Both the position numbers and the translations under genes were made by a program. From the NCBI GenBank assembly GCA_012960245.1, contig DUBO01000038.1:10627-74626 (forward strand): a stretch of DNA of 64,000 bases, written 5' to 3'. Origin of the DNA: Candidatus Binatota bacterium. Lineage in GTDB: Bacteria > Desulfobacterota > Binatia > UBA1149. Below, piece by piece: positions 37,980 through 48,433 of the stretch. Positions within the stretch are counted from its first letter, which is position 1. Each line of letters opens with the position of its first letter. Below the pieces are notes generated by a model that was given only the letters and a program-made list of their open reading frames with translations, was not told the origin of the DNA and made no database searches.

Positions 37980-38801
37980 TCACACCGGTCGGTCGCCCTC
38001 TATGGTAATGCGCTGGTGGCAACGGCGCGCCGGCCACCAATCCTGTACCGGCTTGTGCTGCGTGGCGCGGTTGTCCCAGAAAGCGATCGAGTCGACCTCC
38101 CAGTGAAAGCGGCAATGGAACTCCGGCTTCTCGAGGTGCTCAAACAACCGGGCAAGCAACTGCTCGCTCTCCTGCTCTTCGACGCCGAGCAAGCGGGTGG
38201 TGAACAGGCTGTTGACGAACAGGCAGGGGCGATTGCTCACCGGGTGACGACGCATCACCGGGTGCAGCACAGGCGGGTTGTCGGCCACCGCCACGGCCAG
38301 CCGCTCCCTACCACCAGGTTCGGCCAGGCTCTCGCGGTAGCCGTGGGCAAAGCTGTGCTCGGCGGTCATTGCTTCGAGCTGTTGCCTGAGGGCCGCCGGC
38401 AACGCTGCCCATGCTGCCTCGGTATTAATCCACATGGTGTCGCCGCCCTCGTCAGGAATGACTGTACCCCTGAGCACACTGCCCAGCGGTGGGCACTCGA
38501 GGTAAGTCATGTCGCAGTGCCACTTGTCTATTTTTGAAGGACGCGCGCGGTCGCTTTCGAGTATGGTGAGCTCGGGGTAGTCGTCCACGTGGGGAAACGC
38601 CGGGTGGCGTTGCAACGAACCAAAGCAGGACGCAAAGCGGTGGTGATCGGCTGGCTCAAGAGGCTGGTCGCGAAAGAACAGCACCTTGTGCTCGACCAGC
38701 GCCGCCATCACCCCTGCTATCTCTGTACCCGTCAATTCGCGGGTAAGACCAAGCCCCCTTACTTCGGCCCCGAGGGCCGCCCCTGAAGGAAAAACTTCCA
38801 C
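37980..38801 (-). CDS. tauD: Taurine dioxygenase-like 2OG-Fe(II) enzyme
   Basis: HKVLFFRDQ, WHCD (HxD), GGDT, WDNRATQH. Confidence 0.85.
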   Translation of the reverse strand: MEVFPSGAALGAEVRGLGLTRELTGTEIAGVMAALVEHKVLFFRDQPLEPADHHRFASCFGSLQRHPAFPHVDDYPELTILESDRARPSKIDKWHCDMTYLECPPLGSVLRGTVIPDEGGDTMWINTEAAWAALPAALRQQLEAMTAEHSFAHGYRESLAEPGGRERLAVAVADNPPVLHPVMRRHPVSNRPCLFVNSLFTTRLLGVEEQESEQLLARLFEHLEKPEFHCRFHWEVDSIAFWDNRATQHKPVQDWWPARRCHQRITIEGDRPV

Positions 38802-38878
38802 CCGAAGACTTTTATCATCTTGTCCCCGGTATGTAACTGCCCGCCGGCTCTGGTCTCACCCTCCGCGATATCGTAATC

Positions 38879-39964
38879 GTGTTACCGCGGAGGATGACCA
38901 CCATGGAACCACGCCCGCTCAGCCTCGCTGAAAAAGCCCAACGCCTGTTGCTGCGATCGATGATGGCACTGCCCGAACGCCTGCAGCGCCTGCTGTCCGG
39001 CGGCAGCCATATCGAGATTGACGGGCAGACCCTTAACAGCGACACGCAACTGTTGATTCGCTTGACCCAGCTTGCGGGAGAGAGATCGTTCGACAACATG
39101 ACGGTGGCCGAGGTACGTGAGCAGATGGACAGTGGGGTGGCAGTGATAAGCGGGCCTCCGATCCAGATGGAAACCGTACGGGAACTGGTAATACCCGGTC
39201 CGGCCGGGCACATCCCTGCAAGGTTCTACGTACCACCTGGGTGCGAGGACGGTGGCGGACTGCTGGTGTACTACCACGGTGGTGGCTGGGTCATCGGTGG
39301 CCTGGACTCCCACGATTTGCCCTGCCGCTTTCTCGCCAGCGAGGCCGGCGTAAAAGTCCTGTCGATCGATTACCGTCTTGCTCCCGAGCATCCTTTCCCA
39401 GCCGCCTGTGACGATGCTCTCGCCGCGTTCCGCTGGGCGGTCGAGCACGCCGACAGCCTGGCTGTCGACCCGGCACGGATCGCCGTGGCCGGGGACAGTG
39501 CCGGCGGTAACCTGGCGGCCGCGGTATCGCTACGCGCAACCCGCGACGATGGACCCACGCCTGCTTTCCAGATGCCCATCTACCCCGTGACCGACCTCGC
39601 CAACCGGACCGAGTCGTATCGCCTGTTCGCCGAGGGCTTCTTCCTTACCGCTGACCAGATGGATTGGTTCATCGACCACTATAGCGCCAGCAATCGCGAA
39701 AACGCCGAAAACCCCTCTGCCTCGCCACTGCTGGCAGAAGACCTTTCGGGCCTGCCACCGGCTTACGTCACCACGGCCGGCTTCGACCCCCTCAGAGACG
39801 AGGGCGAAGCATACGCCGAGCGACTGAAGGAAGCAGGCGTACCGGTTACCCTGAAACGCCACGAAGGCCTGGTACACGGCTTCGCGAATACCACCTGGAT
39901 AAGCGAGGGATCGCGAAGCGCAATGGCAGAAGCAGCCGCGGCGCTGTCGGCGGCTATCGGCTGA
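38879..39964 (+). CDS. HSL-family lipase/esterase
   Basis: HGGGW, DYRLAPEH, GDSAGG, DPLRDEG, HGF. Confidence 0.93.
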   Translation: MLPRRMTTMEPRPLSLAEKAQRLLLRSMMALPERLQRLLSGGSHIEIDGQTLNSDTQLLIRLTQLAGERSFDNMTVAEVREQMDSGVAVISGPPIQMETVRELVIPGPAGHIPARFYVPPGCEDGGGLLVYYHGGGWVIGGLDSHDLPCRFLASEAGVKVLSIDYRLAPEHPFPAACDDALAAFRWAVEHADSLAVDPARIAVAGDSAGGNLAAAVSLRATRDDGPTPAFQMPIYPVTDLANRTESYRLFAEGFFLTADQMDWFIDHYSASNRENAENPSASPLLAEDLSGLPPAYVTTAGFDPLRDEGEAYAERLKEAGVPVTLKRHEGLVHGFANTTWISEGSRSAMAEAAAALSAAIG

Positions 39965-41705
39965 CCGGGTAAACTTTACCCGAGAGCACGGTGGCCACCG
40001 GGATAAGGTCGGGCCACGCATCGACGCCCACTACCAGCGGATCGTCGGGTAGCGCCACGAAGTCGGCCCTGAGGCCCACTCGTATACTGCCCAGCTCGTC
40101 TTCCATACCGACCGCGTAGGCCGCGTCGCTGGTGATCGCGAGCAGGGCCTGTCCCGGGGTAAGCGCCTCGTCGGCGCCACGGGTATTGCCTTCATGGGTC
40201 AGCCGAGTGGCAGCGGCCCAGGCCGCGAGCAGAGGGCGCGCCGGCCCCATGGGCAGGTCGGAATGCAGCGACACCTTCACCCCGCGTTTGACCAGCGACC
40301 CCAGCGGCGTGATCTTTTCTGCGCGCGGCAGGCCAAGCCCACGCTCGGCGTATATGTCGGCCATGAAGTAGTTGTAGTACACGTTGGCTGACACCAACGC
40401 GCCGGCCGCGGCGAGGCGATCCAACTCGGCCGGGCGCGCCTGCGCAAAGTGATGAAAGGTAAAGCGGTGATCCTCTCGCGGGTGCTCGGCCTGCAGCTGA
40501 TCGAGCGCGTCGAGCACCGCCACCTGGGCCGCGTCGCCGTTGCTGTGCACGTGCAGTTGGTAGCCCGCTTTCCACCAGGGCGCGAGACCGTCGGCCATGC
40601 GACCTGGCTCGGTGTTCCACTCGCCCACTCCCCCCTCCAGGTAACCCGGCGGTTGCATCCGCATCAACAGGGAAAAGAACGCGCCGTCGCCTATCATCTT
40701 GACCTGGCGCAAAAAGGCCAGGCGCTCGCTGTTGCGTTGCGGCAGGGCCTCTACTTTATCGAATAGTTCATCGCCCCACTCACGTCCCAACGCGAAGGGC
40801 AGCGGCACCAGGCGGGTGCGAAAAGGCACGTCGTCGCGGTCGAGGTTACGCTTGAGAATCGGCCACTCGCGCTCGTCGCTGAACATACCGTAGGCCATGT
40901 CGACAACCGTAGTGATGCCGCCGCTGTGTATCATCTGCCGCACGATGGAATGACCGCGATCCATGGCCTCTTCGCCCAGCACCACCGGGGACAGAGTGCC
41001 GAGCGCGACCAGCAGCCCCAGCTCCGACAGGCGGCCAGTGGGTTCGCCATCTGCGCGCAATGCGACACCGGGCAAGCGCGCCGCCGTCTCGCGGGTGACT
41101 CCCATCCACTCGAGCGCGACCGAATTGGCTATGACCTCGTGAAACGAACGGTGCCAGGCCACCACTGCGCGCGTGGTCGACACCGAGTCGAGCGCGTCAC
41201 GGTCGAGTCCCGCACCGTGAAAGAAATCGTGGTAGCCCCAGGTGATCAACGGCTGCTCAGCGTCGTCAAGAGCGGCATCGAGTTCGCGCAGCCTGTCGAG
41301 AAAAGCTGGCCTGCCGCGTATGCCCTTGATCGTTCCGCCGGGTAGCTCCCAGTCAAACGGTGCCGTTATGGGTAACGCCAGCAGCATTGCGGCCATGTCG
41401 GGATGCAGGTGGTTCTCCACGAAGCCGGGCAACAGCACCTCGTCGGCAAAGCGTTCGTCAATGACGCACCCATTGCAGCCGGCCAGCGGCGCGAGCTCCT
41501 CGCGGCTGCCCACCGCGATGATCCTTCCATCGGCCACCGCCACGGCCTCGGCATGGGGACGAGCCGGGTCCATGGTTACCACGCTCCTGGCCGTGAAAAC
41601 CGTGACGGCCGGTGCACGCGTGCAAGCAGCAGCGGCGGTAAGAGCCACGCAGATCGCCGAAACAGCCAGCTTATGCTGGCGCCAACCTGAAATCGTATGG
41701 AGCAT
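39954..41705 (-). CDS. Amidohydrolase-3 (YtcJ-like), exported
   Basis: PGFVENHLH, KMIGDG, HSNGD, HSD, GSIRVGLRADF. Confidence 0.88.
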   Translation of the reverse strand: MLHTISGWRQHKLAVSAICVALTAAAACTRAPAVTVFTARSVVTMDPARPHAEAVAVADGRIIAVGSREELAPLAGCNGCVIDERFADEVLLPGFVENHLHPDMAAMLLALPITAPFDWELPGGTIKGIRGRPAFLDRLRELDAALDDAEQPLITWGYHDFFHGAGLDRDALDSVSTTRAVVAWHRSFHEVIANSVALEWMGVTRETAARLPGVALRADGEPTGRLSELGLLVALGTLSPVVLGEEAMDRGHSIVRQMIHSGGITTVVDMAYGMFSDEREWPILKRNLDRDDVPFRTRLVPLPFALGREWGDELFDKVEALPQRNSERLAFLRQVKMIGDGAFFSLLMRMQPPGYLEGGVGEWNTEPGRMADGLAPWWKAGYQLHVHSNGDAAQVAVLDALDQLQAEHPREDHRFTFHHFAQARPAELDRLAAAGALVSANVYYNYFMADIYAERGLGLPRAEKITPLGSLVKRGVKVSLHSDLPMGPARPLLAAWAAATRLTHEGNTRGADEALTPGQALLAITSDAAYAVGMEDELGSIRVGLRADFVALPDDPLVVGVDAWPDLIPVATVLSGKVYPVSR

Positions 41706-41790
41706 GCGCGAACCCTATCAAAACGGGGAGGCGTCCGATAACCCCCTTTCGGGATTGGACACAGCGTGGGCGAGTCAAAATATTACCCCC

Positions 41791-43044
41791 ATGGAGAACA
41801 AGGGCTACGGCCAACGCACCGTCGCTGGGCCGCTGGCCGGCTACCGGGTAATCGAACTCACCTCCACCGTGTCTGGCCCGCTCGCGGGAATGATACTGGC
41901 CGACCAGGGCGCCGACGTCATCAAGATCGAGCCGCCGGGCATAGGCGACCTCGCGCGCTTCATGGGAAACATCCGCAACGGCACGGCGGCCATGTTCTCG
42001 ACCATCAACCGCAACAAGCGCTCGGTTGCGCTCGACCTCAAGCAGGACGACGACAAGGCCGTGCTGCTGGGGCTGGTCGAAACCGCCGACGTTCTCATCG
42101 AGAATTACCGGCCCGGCAAAACTGCTGCGCTGGGCCTCGATTACGAATCGCTCGCACGCATCAACCCGCGGCTGGTCTACGCGTCGATCACCGGCTACGG
42201 CCAGTCGGGCCCCTACGCCCGCCGGCGCGTGTACGACCCACTGGTCCAGGCCACCATCGGCATGGCCGTTGCCCAGGGAGCGGGCGGGCAGGACGGCAAG
42301 CCGGCCAACGTGCGCACGGTGTTGTTCGACAAGGTGGCGGGCATGACCGCTGCCCAGGCCGTGACCGCAGCCCTGCTGCAGCGCCAACGCAGCGGCCGCG
42401 GACAATTTCTGCCCGTGTCCATGATGGACGCCGGACTATACTTCCTGTGGCCCGACGCCATGTGGCGGCACACGCTACTGGGCGACGACATCAGCGAACA
42501 GGGCGAACTGGCCGACTACTTTCCGCTGTTTGCTACCAGCGATGGCCACGTAGCCATGATCGTAATAGTCGACGGTGACTTCGCCCGCGTGTGCGAGGGG
42601 CTGGGCTGCCAACTGCACAGCGACGAACGCTTTGCCACTTTTGCCGGCCGCGTTGCCAACCGCGGTGAGCTGGCAGATGAGATGAACCGCGTGCTCGCCG
42701 GCCACGACACCGAGGCGGTGTGCAGCCTGCTCGACGAGCTCGACATCCCGGTGGCCGCGGTCAACGGTCCCGGCAACGTGCACGAAGACCCGCAGGTGCA
42801 GCACTCGGGCACGCTGGTGGAGGTCGAGCACCCGCTGGGCGGCAAGTCGAGGCTGCCCAGGCCGCCGCTGGTCTTCGACGAGCAGGCGGGTGGACTCGGT
42901 AGCTGCTCACCCCTGCTGGGTGAACACAGCCGCGAGCTGCTGGTCGAACTCGGCACCGACGAGGAACACATAGCCCGCATCGAGGAGCGCGACCGCGCCA
43001 ACCGCGAAGCCTTCGGCGGGCTCGACCTCACCAAGCTGCGCTGA
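41791..43044 (+). CDS. CaiB/BaiF class III CoA-transferase
   Basis: GPLAGYRVIEL, GADVIKIE, NRNKRS, ENYRPG, GYGQSGP; ATG 41791. Confidence 0.92.
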   Translation: MENKGYGQRTVAGPLAGYRVIELTSTVSGPLAGMILADQGADVIKIEPPGIGDLARFMGNIRNGTAAMFSTINRNKRSVALDLKQDDDKAVLLGLVETADVLIENYRPGKTAALGLDYESLARINPRLVYASITGYGQSGPYARRRVYDPLVQATIGMAVAQGAGGQDGKPANVRTVLFDKVAGMTAAQAVTAALLQRQRSGRGQFLPVSMMDAGLYFLWPDAMWRHTLLGDDISEQGELADYFPLFATSDGHVAMIVIVDGDFARVCEGLGCQLHSDERFATFAGRVANRGELADEMNRVLAGHDTEAVCSLLDELDIPVAAVNGPGNVHEDPQVQHSGTLVEVEHPLGGKSRLPRPPLVFDEQAGGLGSCSPLLGEHSRELLVELGTDEEHIARIEERDRANREAFGGLDLTKLR

Positions 43045-43110
43045 TCGGCTGGGCTCCTGGCCGTGCCAGCTGACGGCAAGATCTTTCGGCCCCTGGAAGG
43101 GCCCACGCCA

Positions 43111-43929
43111 TTACTTGCGCGCCAGTATGTGCAGGCTGACGATGGCCTTGCGGTACTCGTCGGCCTGCTCGCGGCTTATGCCCATGGACTCGATCATGCG
43201 CGCCACGTCGGGGTCGTCGAGTGAGAACATGTCGCCGAAGCAGGACTCCTTCGTGATTTCCACAGAGGCAAAACCGGCTTCGCGTATGGTGTCGAGATAA
43301 CGTTCTCGCAGCGAGGCGCCGCCCACGCAGCCTATCCACGCGTCGATGCTGCCCAGCACTTCGGCGGGCAGCTCGCGGTCGAGCACGATGTCGCTCACCA
43401 TCACGCGCCCGCCGGGCTTGAGTACGCGGTAGGCCTCGGCGTAGACCTTCTCTTTTTCGGGCGAGAGGTTAATGACGCAGTTCGACAGGATGACGTCGAC
43501 GCTTTCGTCTTCGAGCGGCAGTTGCTCGATGAAACCCTTGCGGAACTCCACGTTCTGGTAGCCGCCGGCCTCGGCATTGACCCTCGCCTTTTCGAGCATC
43601 TCGTCGGTCATGTCCACGCCGATCACGCGACCCGTGGGACCGACCGCAGCAGCCGCGAGAAACGAATCCATGCCGGCGCCCGAGCCGAGATCGACCACGA
43701 CCTCGCCCGCCGACAGCGAGTCAATAGCCGTCGGGTTACCGCAACCCACGCCCAGGTTGGCGCCGTCGGGCACGGCCTCGAGTTGCTCGGCCTGGTAGCC
43801 CACCCGCGCGCTGGCGGCGTTGACGTCTTCGGTACCGACGGCCGAACCGTCCACGGCCACCCGCGCGTAACCCTTGCGCACCTCGTCTCTCAGTTGCTCG
43901 TTGTCGGCCGGTCGATTTTCAGCACTCAT
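43111..43929 (-). CDS. arsM: Arsenite S-adenosylmethionine methyltransferase
   Basis: GVGCGNP, DLGSGAG, SNCVINL, WIGCVGGA; directly downstream of arsR. Confidence 0.9.
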   Translation of the reverse strand: MSAENRPADNEQLRDEVRKGYARVAVDGSAVGTEDVNAASARVGYQAEQLEAVPDGANLGVGCGNPTAIDSLSAGEVVVDLGSGAGMDSFLAAAAVGPTGRVIGVDMTDEMLEKARVNAEAGGYQNVEFRKGFIEQLPLEDESVDVILSNCVINLSPEKEKVYAEAYRVLKPGGRVMVSDIVLDRELPAEVLGSIDAWIGCVGGASLRERYLDTIREAGFASVEITKESCFGDMFSLDDPDVARMIESMGISREQADEYRKAIVSLHILARK

Positions 43930-43938
43930 CGTTCATCC

Positions 43939-44265
43939 TCACGCTGCCAGTCCCCGGCAGCAGTCCTCGGTGAGAAACCCCACCAGTTGTTTCATCGATT
44001 CGAAGTCGGGGCTGTAAATACGCGACCGGCCGCGCTTCTGGCAAATCACGATGCCGGCGGTCCTGAGCTCCTTGAGATGGAAGGACAGCGTGGCCGGGGC
44101 CAGGCCCAGCTCTGCGGCCACCGCGCCGGCTGCCAGGCCCCCGGGACCGGCCTTTACCAGCAGGCGGAATATCTCGAGCCGGGCCTCCTGGGCAAGTGCC
44201 CCCAACATTTCGACCGCAACGGCCGTTTCTACGGGGGGCGCCGTTCTCGTTATCCTTGTTTCCAT
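43939..44265 (-). CDS. arsR: ArsR-family repressor (C-terminal CC type)
   Basis: ALAQEARLEIFRLLV, TLSFHLKEL, FLTEDCC. Confidence 0.9.
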   Translation of the reverse strand: METRITRTAPPVETAVAVEMLGALAQEARLEIFRLLVKAGPGGLAAGAVAAELGLAPATLSFHLKELRTAGIVICQKRGRSRIYSPDFESMKQLVGFLTEDCCRGLAA

Positions 44266-44359
44266 ATTTCCATTATTAAGCAACTATCGTATCTAGTCAA
44301 GCAGAATTGCGACCTCTTCCCCTTCCGATAGAGGCGGTGGGTGGGTAAACAGAGCGGTT

Positions 44360-45694
44360 ATGGCATGGGATTTTCAGACAGACCCCGAATACCAGGAAAA
44401 GCTCGACTGGGCCGACCGCTTCGTAGCCGAGAAAATCGAGCCCCTCGACCTGGCCTTTCCCGACCCAACGGCACCCTTCGACCGCAGCAACCCTGATTTC
44501 AAGCGCCTGACCGATCCGCTCAAGCAGCAGGTGCGCGAACAGGGCCTGTGGGCCTGCCACCTGGGACCCGAGCTGGGCGGCAAGGGCTACGGACAGTTAA
44601 AGCTGGCGCTGCTCAACGAAATCCTCGGGCGCTCTGCCTGGGCCCCGGCGGTGTTCGGCTGCCAGGCGCCGGACACCGGCAACGCCGAGATCCTGGCCCA
44701 CTACGGCAGCGACGAACAGAAATCCCGCTACCTGCAGCCGCTGATGGACGGCGAAATGGTATCGTGTTTTTCAATGACGGAGCCGCAGGCGGGTTCCGAC
44801 CCGTCGGAGTTCCGCTGCACCGCCACGCGCGACGGCGACCACTGGGTCATCGAGGGCGAAAAATATTTTTCGTCGCACGCCGACTTCGCAGACTTCATCA
44901 TCGTGATGGCGATCACCGACACCGAGGTGCCCGTGTACCAGGGCGCGTCAATGTTTCTCGTGCCCGGCGACGCCGAGGGGCTCGAGGTTATACGCAACAC
45001 CGGCCTGGGCTGGGAGCCCCTGGGCACCGGTAGCCACCCGCACCTGCGTTACAACAAGGTGCGCGTACCCGCCGACCACCTGTTGGGCGGCGAGGGCCAG
45101 GCCTTCGCCATCGCGCAGACCCGGCTGGGCGGCGGCCGCGTGCACCACGCCATGCGCACCATGGCCATGGTCAAGAGCGCCTTCGACATGATGTGCGAGC
45201 GCATGCTCAGCCGCCGCACACGCGGCAAAGAACTCGCCCGTCACCAGATGATGCAGCAGTACGTAGCCGACAGCTTCCTGCAGATCGAGCAGTTCCGACT
45301 GCTGGTGCTCTACACCGCCTGGCACATAGACCAGGCGAACAGCGCCGATGAGAAGATTGCCCAGGGCCACCGCGACCAGGTGCGCACTTACATAGCGGCC
45401 GTAAAAATACAGATGGCCGAGGTGCTGCACGACGTCGTCAGGCGGGCGGTGCAGGTGCACGGAGCGCTGGGCTGCTCCAACGAAATGCCCTTGGCACGGT
45501 TGTGGATGACCGTACCCATCATGGCCGTGGCCGACGGCCCCAGCGAGGTGCACAAGATCACCGTCGCCAGGCAGGTGCTCAAGGATTACAAGCCAGCCGA
45601 TGGCCCGTGGCCCGATCGTTTTCTGCCCGAACGAACCGAGGAAGCCCGCCGTCGCGTGGCCGACGCCCTCGAAAACGAAATCGCCAACCTCTGA
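44360..45694 (+). CDS. Acyl-CoA dehydrogenase (ACAD10/11-like)
   Basis: CQAPDTGNAEIL, FSMTEP, RLGGGRVHH, DGPSEVH. Confidence 0.92.
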   Translation: MAWDFQTDPEYQEKLDWADRFVAEKIEPLDLAFPDPTAPFDRSNPDFKRLTDPLKQQVREQGLWACHLGPELGGKGYGQLKLALLNEILGRSAWAPAVFGCQAPDTGNAEILAHYGSDEQKSRYLQPLMDGEMVSCFSMTEPQAGSDPSEFRCTATRDGDHWVIEGEKYFSSHADFADFIIVMAITDTEVPVYQGASMFLVPGDAEGLEVIRNTGLGWEPLGTGSHPHLRYNKVRVPADHLLGGEGQAFAIAQTRLGGGRVHHAMRTMAMVKSAFDMMCERMLSRRTRGKELARHQMMQQYVADSFLQIEQFRLLVLYTAWHIDQANSADEKIAQGHRDQVRTYIAAVKIQMAEVLHDVVRRAVQVHGALGCSNEMPLARLWMTVPIMAVADGPSEVHKITVARQVLKDYKPADGPWPDRFLPERTEEARRRVADALENEIANL

Positions 45695-45724
45695 ACTACT
45701 CCCCACGGCGCCGAGAAAAAACCA

Positions 45725-46789
45725 ATGCCCGACAAGCAGGACAGCAGTGAGCACATCCAGAAAGCCGTCAATCCCCTGGCGCTGGCCCGCTGGATGGACG
45801 AGCAAGGATTGCCCGGCGCCGGCTCGCCGGTGGAGGCGAGCTTCATAAGCGGCGGCGCGTCCAACGAAATCTTCCTGCTCGAGCGCGGTGGCGAACGCCT
45901 GGTCATGAGACGGCCGCCCCTGGAAGTGCCCCGCGGCCGTAACGAGACCATGCTCAGGGAGTACCGCGTGCTGAGCGCCCTGCGCGACACCGACGTGCCC
46001 CACTCGCGGGTGCTGGCCGCCTGCGAAGACATCGGCCTGGTGGGTGCGTGTTTCTACCTGATGGAGCACGTCGACGGTTGGTCGTGCATGAACCTTGACG
46101 GCTGGCCCGAGCCCTTCGACGAGGACCTCGTGGTACGCCGATCGTTGGCCTGGGAACTGGTGGACGCCATAGCCAGGCTGTCGCGCGTGGACTGGGAAGC
46201 CAACGGCCTGCAGGGTTTCGGGCGGCCGGACGGTTTTCACGAAAGGCAGGTGGCGAGATGGACGGCTCACCTCGACTCGTTCAAGTTCCGCGAGCTGCCC
46301 GGACTCGACGAGGCCGCCGGCTGGCTGTCGGAACACGGCCCGCTGGACTACCGGCCGGGAATAATGCACGGCGACTACCAGTTTGCCAACGTAATGTTCC
46401 GCCACGGAGCGCCCGCGCGAATGGCCGCCATCGTTGACTGGGAGATGGCCACCGTGGGAGACCCCCTGCTCGACCTCGCCTGGGTGATAATGGGCTGGCC
46501 CGACGAGGGCGAGGACCGTTCGGCCTCGGGCTACGTCGACTACACCGGCATGCCCAACCGCGACGAGCTGTGCGAACGCTACTCGCGCGTGAGCGGACGA
46601 AGCACCGACGACATCGACTACTACGTCGTGCTGGCCCGCTTCAAGATGGCCTGTGTTCTCGAGGGTGGTTATGCGCGCTACAAGAAAGGCGGCGCAGACA
46701 ACCCCAAGATGGCGATGTTCGGCGACGTGGTGCTCGACATGGCACGTCGAGCTGCCGAGCTCGCGCGCAGTACCGACTACGACAGCTGA
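45725..46789 (+). CDS. Aminoglycoside-phosphotransferase-like kinase (ACAD10/11 N-domain type)
   Basis: GGASN, MRRPP, HGDYQFAN, DWE, GDPLLDL. Confidence 0.9.
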   Translation: MPDKQDSSEHIQKAVNPLALARWMDEQGLPGAGSPVEASFISGGASNEIFLLERGGERLVMRRPPLEVPRGRNETMLREYRVLSALRDTDVPHSRVLAACEDIGLVGACFYLMEHVDGWSCMNLDGWPEPFDEDLVVRRSLAWELVDAIARLSRVDWEANGLQGFGRPDGFHERQVARWTAHLDSFKFRELPGLDEAAGWLSEHGPLDYRPGIMHGDYQFANVMFRHGAPARMAAIVDWEMATVGDPLLDLAWVIMGWPDEGEDRSASGYVDYTGMPNRDELCERYSRVSGRSTDDIDYYVVLARFKMACVLEGGYARYKKGGADNPKMAMFGDVVLDMARRAAELARSTDYDS

Positions 46790-47412
46790 GCGCCACCCGA
46801 ATTGCCTCCGCCCCAGCGCCGGTAACAGGCGATCGTCATCCAGTAGAACAACGGCGTCATCAACAGCCACGGCGACTGGGTCTGCAGCTGCACGGGACGC
46901 CCTCCCAGCTCGAACAGGATCGGGTTGAACCACGGACCTCCCGGCATCATGGGCCCCCAGGACAGCCTGAAACCAGCGCTCACCTGCTCGTGGTACACTA
47001 CCGTTTCAATAAAAACGTTCTGCGCCACGAACCAGGTAAACAGCAGCGCAAATGCACCCCAGCGCCAACGCTCAAACGCCTTGTTGCTACGACCGTAAGC
47101 CAGCCACACCATCGCCAGCCCCGGCATGCACACCACCCCTGCGTCGCCCAGCGAGTTAGTGAGCCAGTTGATCCAGGCGGGCACGGCCCGGCTCATGACC
47201 TCTGGACGGCGCATGTCTACCGGCAGTCCGTCGACCAGGCCAGCCGAGATCCACAGTTCCCAACCGAACACGCACACCGCGAGCGACAGCAGGTACACCA
47301 TACCAACCCAGCGCGGCAGCCGGCCAGCAGCGTACGAAACCGCCACCACCGCCAGCGACCCGAAAGCCACCACGTAAATCATCCCCGCTGTAAGCAGTTG
47401 TTGCGTTGTCAT
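46777..47412 (-). CDS. Uncharacterised membrane protein
   Basis: About five hydrophobic helices; co-oriented with and overlapping the upstream gene. Confidence 0.7.
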   Translation of the reverse strand: MTTQQLLTAGMIYVVAFGSLAVVAVSYAAGRLPRWVGMVYLLSLAVCVFGWELWISAGLVDGLPVDMRRPEVMSRAVPAWINWLTNSLGDAGVVCMPGLAMVWLAYGRSNKAFERWRWGAFALLFTWFVAQNVFIETVVYHEQVSAGFRLSWGPMMPGGPWFNPILFELGGRPVQLQTQSPWLLMTPLFYWMTIACYRRWGGGNSGGAQLS

Positions 47413-48386
47413 TGTTGTCCCCTTTGGGCGTGCGGCGCTACGGCCTGCAGGCCCTGGTAGGTATCACGGATCAGCGGGCAATGGGCGCCCGCTTCTTCGG
47501 CCGCTCGCAGCGGGTTGCCGTAGATGGCTTCTGTCTCCAGCGGACGACCGGTTCGGTAGTCGAGCAACATGCTTGGGCTGTAGGCCGCCATGGCCTCGGT
47601 GTCGCGCAGCATTATCTCAACGAACTCCTCCTTGATCTCGCGCCCGCAGGCCGCAGCCGCACGTACGACCTCCAGCATAATCTCGCGACAACGCGCTCGC
47701 AGGGAGGGGTCGCCCATGAGGACATCGGTGGTACAGTCGTGCAGCACGCAGAGACCGTTGTAGGTGATGTTCCAGACGAGCTTCTTCCAGCGGCCGAGCA
47801 GCAGGTCTTCTTCCGTGCTCACCTGCAGGCCGGCGCGCTCGAAGTCGGCCGCGACATTTTCAACGAGGCCTGTCACGCCGGCAGCCCGACCATCTGCCGT
47901 CCACTGTCCCAGGCGCACGGCACCGTAATCGAGGTGACGGATGTGCCCCGGCCCCAGCTTGTTGGAACACAGGAAGGCCATGCCGCCCAAGACTTCGCGC
48001 CCGGGACAGGCCCGCGCCGCCAGGTCTTCCATGAACAGGCCGTTCTGCATGACAAGCACCGCCCCACCCTCGCGCACGGCGGGCGGCAACAGCGCGGGCA
48101 ACGATTCGTTGCTCGTGGTCTTGAGCGCGACCAGGGCCACGTCGGCTGGTTCCATGTTCTCGGCCGAGGAATAAATGACAGGTTGCGCAACGGAGAAATC
48201 GCCTTCGGGCGACTCGACCCGCAAGCCCCTGGCCCGCACCTGCTCGTAGTCGCTGCGCAACAGAAAGCGCACGTCGAGCCCGGCACAGGCCAGGCGCGCG
48301 CCGTAATAGCCGCCCAGCGCACCGGTGCCGATGATGTTGTAACTGCGTTCGCTCACAGGTCTGCGCGGCCACCCAGGAGGCAACAC
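47409..48386 (-). CDS. panE: Ketopantoate reductase family protein (start may be GTG 48356)
   Basis: IIGTGALGGYYG, QNG, WKKLVWN, SMLLD, LETEAI. Confidence 0.85.
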   Translation of the reverse strand: MLPPGWPRRPVSERSYNIIGTGALGGYYGARLACAGLDVRFLLRSDYEQVRARGLRVESPEGDFSVAQPVIYSSAENMEPADVALVALKTTSNESLPALLPPAVREGGAVLVMQNGLFMEDLAARACPGREVLGGMAFLCSNKLGPGHIRHLDYGAVRLGQWTADGRAAGVTGLVENVAADFERAGLQVSTEEDLLLGRWKKLVWNITYNGLCVLHDCTTDVLMGDPSLRARCREIMLEVVRAAAACGREIKEEFVEIMLRDTEAMAAYSPSMLLDYRTGRPLETEAIYGNPLRAAEEAGAHCPLIRDTYQGLQAVAPHAQRGQQ

Positions 48387-48433
48387 GACCCGAGGCTATC
48401 CTGATCGCCGCCGCCAATCTATAGTCGGCAACA

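Noticed and set aside
41242-41790. N-terminal extensions of ORFs 41242..43044 and 52957..54915 suggesting fusions
   Set aside because: The extensions overlap divergent real genes; family homology starts at 41791 and 53881
44948-46933. 661-aa minus ORF and similar long overlapping ORFs (6746..8467, 11032..12705, 17966..19732, 23379..24938)
   Set aside because: Opposite-strand shadows of genes with clear family motifs; expected in high-GC DNA
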